Below are positions 57,466-64,000 of a DNA stretch of 64,000 nucleotides, in pieces. Both the position numbers and the translations under genes were made by a program. Position 1 is the stretch's first letter. The number at the start of each line of letters is the position of its first letter. This DNA is from TPA_inf: Saccharomyces (lineage: Eukaryota), in contig BK006946.2 of assembly GCA_000146045.2 (NCBI GenBank), positions 860,432 to 924,431 on the forward strand. The letters are read 5' to 3'. Under the pieces are notes generated by a model. The model worked only from the letters and a program-made list of their open reading frames with translations, was not told where the DNA came from and did no database searches.

Positions 57466-57934
57466 CTATTTACTACGAAACGATAAATTTCCCCGTTTTC
57501 TTTTACTTTTACTTCATTTAATATAATTCATATTTATTTCCCATGTACCAATTAATTACTCCTAAAAGAACAGAAATAGAAAAAAGTTGTATATAACAAG
57601 CCAAAAAAAAAAAAGAAAAAAGGAAACACAGCTTATTTCAAATTGCAATCTGCGTATTTCGTAAGTAACGAATGATCTCACAGCATTGCTTTTTTTTTTT
57701 TTTTTTTTATATATATGTACATTACCTATGTCACATATGACCATGATGAGTACAACACTAAAAACCAAGGCCTACTATTCAATTGTTCTCTATATGATTT
57801 CCATTCTAGCAAAATCGAGTGCTACCGATCTGCCGTTTTCTTTACCTTTCGAACCATTGAGCTGTTAGCCTTCTCTTCACAGAAACTGAAGGCCATTAGA
57901 AGCCTCCCCTTCAACAATTCCCTTGTCTTTTGTT

Positions 57935-58648
57935 TCAGCTATATAATGCGTTTATAGCTCTAATTGTGGTCGAATAGGAAGAATTTGCGTTAACACCCGT
58001 AACTAGCTTTCCATCGGTAATAGAGTAGTCATCCCAGGGATGAATTGGCGCCAAGTACTTGGCTCTATTCTTGTTTGCAACGCGTTCAACCGTTGTCAAT
58101 TTTCTGCTCCTCAAGATGTCGTCAACTCCCAGGGCGATTTCACCCTCGAGTGGGAAACCTGTTATAGCTTTGCCTTCGATTAATGGTCTTGTTGTTTTGA
58201 TATCTATTAATCCATCGAAAAGGAGCGGTCCATGACAGATGGCGGCGATCACACCCCCATTGGCATATATCTTGGATGCAATATCTTGCAGATTTTTAGC
58301 TTTGGGATAGTCAAATAGAGCACCATGTCCAGCAGATGCAAAGAATATTTTATAGTCGCTGGCGTTGACTTCATTTGCGGTCTTGATCCTCGCTAACGCC
58401 TTATTGAAGGCGGAATTTTTCGTTTCAAAGTTCATCTTATCTTCGCCACCAATAAAGCTCTTTGGCAAGTAATGTTCATCCCAGCCAAATCCACCAGTCT
58501 CAGAAACGAAGTCCACTTCGAAACCATGCTTTTCGAAAGTATCGAACGACCGCAAAATCTCAACTACAAAAACGCCTGTTTTCGCACCATCTTTATAGAA
58601 GGGACCGTGGTATGAAGTAAGAGATATTAGCGCTCTTTTTGGAGTCAT
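57935..58648 (-). CDS. SNO4: Hsp31/DJ-1/PfpI-family protein (possible methylglyoxalase/chaperone), 237 aa
   Basis: DJ-1/PfpI nucleophile elbow AAICHGP. Member of the subtelomeric HSP31 family; position matches YMR322C. Confidence 0.88.
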   Translation of the reverse strand: MTPKRALISLTSYHGPFYKDGAKTGVFVVEILRSFDTFEKHGFEVDFVSETGGFGWDEHYLPKSFIGGEDKMNFETKNSAFNKALARIKTANEVNASDYKIFFASAGHGALFDYPKAKNLQDIASKIYANGGVIAAICHGPLLFDGLIDIKTTRPLIEGKAITGFPLEGEIALGVDDILRSRKLTTVERVANKNRAKYLAPIHPWDDYSITDGKLVTGVNANSSYSTTIRAINALYS

Positions 58649-59656
58649 TGCAAGGCCAGTTTTCTTTTTGAATGAAGGAGAAAAGTGTTCTAGAAATATG
58701 TTTTAGTTCTAAGTATCGTTGTCTGGAGCAAGCAAAGAAAAGCAGACCTGTATGTGCAACTTTCTTGTTTTCCATTAAAATCTCAAGAACCGGCCCCTTG
58801 ACTGTGCTCATATATCAAGTATCGGTTTTAAAGTCCCCTAATTGTGATAATTGCAAGAATGACAGTCAAAAAGATATTTTTCTTTTCTTTCTTTTTACCT
58901 ATCCTTCATGAAAATACCTATGCTGATACTGAATATCTTCATTTGCAGCTATGCAATATTTCAGATACTGCATTTTACCCAAGAGTTTCTTTACTGGTGG
59001 TTGGATTTTTTTTAAGACGAGAAGATTACCAGTCCTGGATGTTCATGAATGTGCCTATTGCGTCATCAGCGACTCCGCGCCAAGAAAAGAAATACTCGCA
59101 TGCTCGGATTTATAGAATCGCATAATGGAAATAGCTTCCTTAAAGGATGGAGATAAGGAAAAAATGACAAGAACAAGGAAGTACTTGGGAGCTTTCTCCG
59201 ACATGTTAAATATTTGAAACTCACGCAGCTCTCCTGGAAAGTTGCATCTGGAAAGGTAAGGTTGTTTTTTGTTCAGACATCAAAATCGGCTCTTGTAGAC
59301 AATGTCACAGATCCACAAGTTGAAAAAAAAGTTTCGATGAACTGGATAAGGGGAGAGGTCACAAACAAAGTGTAGGGGGTGAGTAGTATAGTGGTAACTT
59401 GTTCATTTACCTAAATAACATTCTCACTAGAAAAGAGATATTGAAAGACTCCTCGTTTACCTAACTTGGCTGGTTCTTAGGTATATAATAGAAACATGGA
59501 TCTGGCAGGTTATTACTTACAGTTTGCATTCCCACCAGGTAACAATTTTCATTATATATAGTTATTTTTTACCACCACTTCTTCTTCTTTCACTTTGTCT
59601 TGCAATAGAAATACCAAAACAAGGTGAGGAAAAAATCGAATCTCAACGATAAAAAT

Positions 59657-60970
59657 ATGTCCATCACGAAGGTACATGCTAGAACGGTGTATGATTCTCG
59701 CGGTAATCCGACTGTTGAGGTTGAAATTACAACAGAGAATGGTCTCTTCAGAGCGATCGTCCCATCTGGTGCCTCCACCGGCATTCACGAAGCTGTTGAA
59801 CTTAGAGACGGGAACAAGTCCGAATGGATGGGAAAAGGGGTGACCAAGGCAGTCAGTAACGTCAATAGTATCATAGGGCCTGCTTTAATCAAGTCCGACT
59901 TATGTGTAACCAATCAGAAGGGCATAGACGAGCTCATGATATCGTTAGACGGAACTTCTAACAAGTCAAGGTTGGGCGCCAATGCTATCCTTGGTGTTTC
60001 CTTGTGCGTTGCTCGAGCTGCTGCCGCACAAAAGGGAATTACTCTCTACAAGTATATAGCCGAGTTAGCGGATGCTAGACAGGACCCCTTTGTTATTCCT
60101 GTTCCTTTTTTCAATGTTTTGAATGGTGGAGCCCACGCCGGTGGCTCTTTAGCTATGCAAGAATTCAAGATCGCGCCAGTCGGGGCTCAGAGCTTTGCAG
60201 AAGCCATGAGGATGGGTTCGGAGGTTTACCATCATTTGAAGATATTGGCGAAGGAGCAATATGGACCTTCCGCTGGAAATGTTGGTGACGAGGGTGGAGT
60301 CGCCCCCGATATCGACACTGCCGAGGACGCCTTGGACATGATTGTGAAAGCCATTAACATATGCGGTTACGAGGGTAGAGTGAAAGTAGGAATCGATAGT
60401 GCTCCTTCTGTTTTTTATAAGGACGGGAAATACGACCTAAATTTCAAGGAACCGAACTCTGACCCATCTCACTGGCTCAGTCCAGCTCAGTTAGCAGAAT
60501 ATTATCATTCATTGCTAAAGAAATACCCAATCATTTCCCTGGAAGACCCCTACGCCGAAGATGATTGGTCCTCGTGGTCTGCCTTCCTAAAGACTGTCAA
60601 TGTTCAGATAATTGCAGATGACCTGACATGCACCAACAAGACCAGGATCGCCCGTGCTATAGAGGAGAAATGTGCGAATACTCTGTTGCTGAAACTCAAC
60701 CAGATCGGTACTCTGACTGAGTCTATTGAAGCCGCCAATCAGGCTTTCGATGCTGGATGGGGTGTAATGATATCACATAGATCAGGTGAAACCGAAGATC
60801 CGTTTATCGCTGATTTGGTCGTTGGTTTAAGATGTGGTCAAATTAAATCGGGCGCTTTGTCGAGATCAGAAAGACTGGCCAAGTATAATGAACTTTTGCG
60901 TATCGAAGAGGAACTGGGGGACGATTGTATATATGCTGGTCATAGGTTTCATGATGGAAACAAACTATAA
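59657..60970 (+). CDS. ERR3: Enolase-related protein (phosphopyruvate hydratase paralog), 437 aa
   Basis: Enolase signature SHRSGETED and metal/substrate-binding residues. The ORF has 11 extra upstream codons; the start is placed at MSITKVHAR to give 437 aa. Subtelomeric position matches YMR323W. Confidence 0.9.
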
Positions 60971-61770
60971 AGGATTGTCTTGTTTCCTTTTTTTTTTTTT
61001 TGTTTTTTTATGACTAAATAAAGTAAATCATATGAGGTTTTATTTTTTATTTCGTTGATTTGGGTTACAGTATGGAAATGGGGCATTTGACACAAGTTAT
61101 TTTATTCATATGTTTTATCTTGTAGGAAATCAAACCGTTTTTAAAGTTTTCCATTGCCTACACACAAAATCATTACGAATCTGTCTGAACAAGGGTGGAC
61201 GTGTGGGGGAAGGCTGTTCCAATCAAGAAATGCTTACAACTCTACTAACACTGCAGTTTTTCAGCTTTCTGATTAATCTCTTCGGTTTAAATTTTTTAGC
61301 AGCTATTACTTTCTAGTAACCCTTATAACGCGGTTGGTATCAAATCTTCCTGATAGTACAAGCAGACCTTTGACCCCATTCTTGTTGTGTCTTGAAATCT
61401 TTTTTTCTGACAAAAGTAAGAAGTTACACCATAATAGAGAAGTTAAATAATGAAAGTGTATCGATCATAGAAATGATTTCATTTTTTTCAACTACTGTTA
61501 CGGTCAAGAAACTAATAATGAGGATAAGTTTTCGCAACAATGATTTTGGTGCAAGTGATTTAAAGTCTTGAATTACTTCAACACAATTTGCTTTGCGACG
61601 GTTTAGAATAACGTAATCGTATCAGCGAATCCACTAGGCGCGCGTAAAAATTACAGACTCTAACAATATACGACTCCCAGCACATATCTACTATTCTGTA
61701 CAATTCCGGGAAATAGAGGGTACAGTATTATTTTTTCTCGGCGATCGTTTAGGGTATACTGGAGATAGGC

Positions 61771-62013
61771 TTAGCAATACGCTTCTGAACGAGGATCTAT
61801 AGCAACTAAATTCAGACATTCTGCTACACCAAAAATGGAAGTATCACAGGAACGGAAAAGGGTTTTATAAGGCACCTCGGCACCCCTATAACTGGCATTC
61901 TCACATTCGGCGCATACGAATAGACAAAGGCCCCAGAAAACAATACCTTCGCATACAGAATCTATAAAGATGCATGCCTCGTTTAAAAACAAGAACATCT
62001 TCATAGTGATCAT
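61771..62013 (-). CDS. Dubious small ORF (position of YMR324C), 80 aa
   Basis: ORF-track only. No recognisable features. It overlaps the PAU19 upstream region. Confidence 0.15.
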   Translation of the reverse strand: MITMKMFLFLNEACIFIDSVCEGIVFWGLCLFVCAECENASYRGAEVPYKTLFRSCDTSIFGVAECLNLVAIDPRSEAYC

Positions 62014-62209
62014 GAAATTGTGTGAAAGATGAGATATGTAATGCGTGAGGTACTAAATGAGGATATGTTAACGAATCGTTTAAGTGGTGATGACCAATGA
62101 AGGAATAGGTATAAATAGAGATACTTCAACTATATGCCTTTGAGAATATGTCTTTATTCCTTCCCTTCCTGTTAAGCTTATATCAGCACTAACAAACAAA
62201 ACAAATACA

Positions 62210-62584
62210 ATGGTCAAATTAACTTCAATCGCTGCCGGTGTTGCCGCCATCGCTGCCGGTGTTGCCGCTGCTCCAGCCACTACCACTCTATCTCCATCTG
62301 ACGAAAGAGTCAACTTGGTCGAATTGGGTGTTTACGTCTCCGATATCAGAGCTCATTTGGCTCAATACTACTTGTTTCAAGCAGCTCATCCAACTGAGAC
62401 CTACCCAGTTGAGATTGCTGAAGCTGTTTTCAACTATGGTGACTTCACCACCATGTTGACTGGTATTCCAGCTGAACAAGTCACCAGAGTCATCACTGGT
62501 GTCCCATGGTACTCCACTAGATTGAGACCAGCTATTTCCAGTGCTCTATCTAAGGACGGTATCTACACTGCTATTCCAAAATAG
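62210..62584 (+). CDS. PAU19: Seripauperin (PAU/TIR family cell-wall mannoprotein), 124 aa
   Basis: Canonical PAU sequence [26 protein letters not shown]...[20 protein letters not shown]. Position adjacent to the telomere matches YMR325W. A TATA box (tataaata) lies at about 62113-62120. Confidence 0.85.
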   Translation: MVKLTSIAAGVAAIAAGVAAAPATTTLSPSDERVNLVELGVYVSDIRAHLAQYYLFQAAHPTETYPVEIAEAVFNYGDFTTMLTGIPAEQVTRVITGVPWYSTRLRPAISSALSKDGIYTAIPK

Positions 62585-63062
62585 AGAGAAGCTTTTACGA
62601 ACGAAATTCCATAGACAATAAAAAAGTAAAGAGAATGAAATAAAATATGTTATTCTATTGATATAAATACAATTCCTCATATGTAAATGTATATTAATAT
62701 GACAACTCATTTTTGATCAATAACAGTGTTTGTGGAGCATTTTCTGAATACAATAAACCCAAAACAGAAACTTCCCTTTTGTATCACTGTTCTGGAAAAG
62801 GGGTGGGCGGTAATAAAGCTAATAGGGTGTGTCCATAAGTAATACTGAACTTGGAAATGTGCGGCTTTGCAGCATTTTGTCTTTCTATAAAAATGTGTCG
62901 TTCCTTTTTTTCATTTTTTGGCGCGTCGCCTCGGGGTCGTATAGAATATGCGTCACTTTTAAAAATAAGATTGCAGATCAGGGCAAAACAAGTAGCAAAT
63001 CATAGCAAGAGACCCTGATTTTTGTGACATAAATATTTTTACTTCTGTGTTAGGTTAACTTT

Positions 63063-63371
63063 TTATGTAACTGTAAATGGAATAGAGTTGAGGGGATAGT
63101 GCCCACAAGTCAATATGTTTATTTTGTAAAGTTGAAAGATAATTATTTTTATGTTTAGGTGATTTTGGTGTTGAATTTTCTGTAATATTAACATAAGAGT
63201 AATACATTGAGTGGTTAGTATATGGTGTAAAAGTGGTATAACGCATGTATTAAGAGCAGTTATACAATATTTGGGGCCGCTGAATGAGATATAGATATTA
63301 AAATGTGGATAATCATGGGCTTTATGGGTAAATGGAACAGGGTATAGACCACTGAGGCAAGTGCCGTGCAT
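63063..63371 (-). CDS. Dubious ORF overlapping the X element (position of YMR326C), 102 aa; probably non-coding
   Basis: ORF-track only. Lies in subtelomeric X-element DNA. Confidence 0.15.
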   Translation of the reverse strand: MHGTCLSGLYPVPFTHKAHDYPHFNIYISFSGPKYCITALNTCVIPLLHHILTTQCITLMLILQKIQHQNHLNIKIIIFQLYKINILTCGHYPLNSIPFTVT

Positions 63372-63580
63372 AATGATATGAGTGCATCTAGTACTGATTT
63401 AGTGAGAGATGGGCCGTGGAGTGGAATGTGAGAGTAGGGTAAGTTGAGAGTGGTATATACTTGTAGCATCCGTGTGCGTATGCCATATCAGTATACAAGT
63501 GAAGGTGAGTATGGCAAGTGGTGGTGGGATTGGTATAAAGTGGTAGGGTAAGTATGTGTGTATTATTTACGATCATTTGT
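63100..63580. repeat. Subtelomeric core X element (approximate bounds) containing an ARS consensus
   Basis: The position is immediately proximal to the GT-rich subtelomeric repeats and telomere. An 11/11 ACS match lies at 63147-63157. The boundaries are estimated, not aligned. Confidence 0.5.
63147..63157 (+). promoter_or_regulatory. ARS consensus sequence TTTTATGTTTA (matches WTTTAYRTTTW) within the X element
   Basis: Exact 11/11 match read from the sequence. Confidence 0.6.
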
Positions 63581-63847
63581 TAACGTTTCAATATGGTAGG
63601 TAGAAGAACAGTATGGTGAGTAGCAGATGGTGGATGGTAGAGGAATAGCAGGGTAAGTGGTAGTGGAGTTGGATATGGGTAATTGGAGGGTAACGGTTAT
63701 GGTGCACGATGGGTTGGTGGTAGCAAGTAGAGAGATGGATGGTGGTTGGAGCGGTATGGTTGAAGGGGACAGGGTAACGAGTGGGGAGGTAGCGTAATGG
63801 AGGGTAAGTTAAGAGACATGCTAAATCAGGGTAAGAATAGGGTAGGG
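63580..63847. repeat. GT-rich, C-poor subtelomeric repeat region (X-element combinatorial-repeat-like)
   Basis: Strong strand asymmetry (GGTA/GGTG/GTGG-type words, very few C on the plus strand) running into the TTAGGG copies. Confidence 0.5.
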
Positions 63848-63875
63848 TTAGGGTAGGGTTAGGGTAGTGTTAGGG
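63848..63875 (+). repeat. Three TTAGGG copies (Tbf1-type sites) at the junction with the terminal repeats
   Basis: TTAGGG occurs at 63848-63853, 63859-63864 and 63870-63875. Confidence 0.8.
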
Positions 63876-64000
63876 TGTGGGTGTGGTGTGTGTGTGTGGG
63901 TGTGGTGTGGGTGTGGGTGTGGTGTGTGGGTGTGGTGTGTGGGTGTGTGTGGGTGTGGTGTGGTGTGTGGGTGTGGTGTGGGTGTGGTGTGTGTGTGGGG
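63876..64000 (+). repeat. Terminal telomeric TG(1-3) repeats (C(1-3)A on the other strand), running to the end of the window
   Basis: The final 125 nt consist only of G and T in irregular GTG/GGTG/GGGTG units, typical of yeast telomerase-added repeats. Confidence 0.92.

Noticed and set aside
1-64000. Expectation of a novel prokaryotic-style system (defence island, operon, mobile element)
   Set aside because: Sequence composition, gene spacing, promoter elements (TATA, poly-dA, UAS), recognisable yeast proteins and a terminal TG1-3 telomere show this is a yeast chromosome end. No operonic arrangement, integrase, transposase, LTR or Ty remnant was seen.
1-64000. Introns, tRNA or snoRNA genes
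   Set aside because: All recognised proteins read full-length without splicing. I found no GTATGT...TACTAAC...AG intron signature needed to complete any ORF, and no tRNA-like A-box/B-box sequences by eye. I cannot exclude small ncRNAs without a covariance-model search (tRNAscan-SE or Infernal).

Overview
This window is Saccharomyces cerevisiae nuclear DNA, almost certainly the terminal ~64 kb of the right arm of chromosome XIII (YMR296C/LCB1 through telomere TEL13R). I recognise the proteins directly from the translations: carboxypeptidase Y, Ade4 with an N-terminal Cys2, Adh2 together with its 22-bp UAS1 palindrome and dA20 tract, Gas1, an enolase, a seripauperin and others. The window ends in TTAGGG copies followed by a C-free TG1-3 tract. 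About 28 intron-less protein genes lie on both strands at the usual yeast density of roughly one gene per 2 kb. The distal ~10 kb has the typical subtelomeric make-up: FET4, a 3-kb gene-poor gap, a SAM4-like fragment, SNO4 (HSP31 family), ERR3 (enolase paralog), PAU19, an X element with an ARS consensus, and the telomere. No Y' element is visible, and I see no Ty/LTR, tRNA, rRNA or CRISPR features. I found no previously undescribed system and would rather say so than invent one. The points that merit a second look are listed under findings. They are a 16-copy 36-bp coding minisatellite with a 108-bp higher-order period in YMR317W; the ADH2 promoter architecture; the subtelomeric paralog block and its truncated SAM4 fragment; Aft1- and Rox1-like sites in the long FET4 promoter; AR1-like elements upstream of PAU19; a strongly GT-skewed tract next to the telomere; and an upstream ORF overlapping the DIA1 start. 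In nine genes the supplied ORF starts upstream of the ATG I take to be the true start, judged from known protein lengths and N-terminal chemistry.
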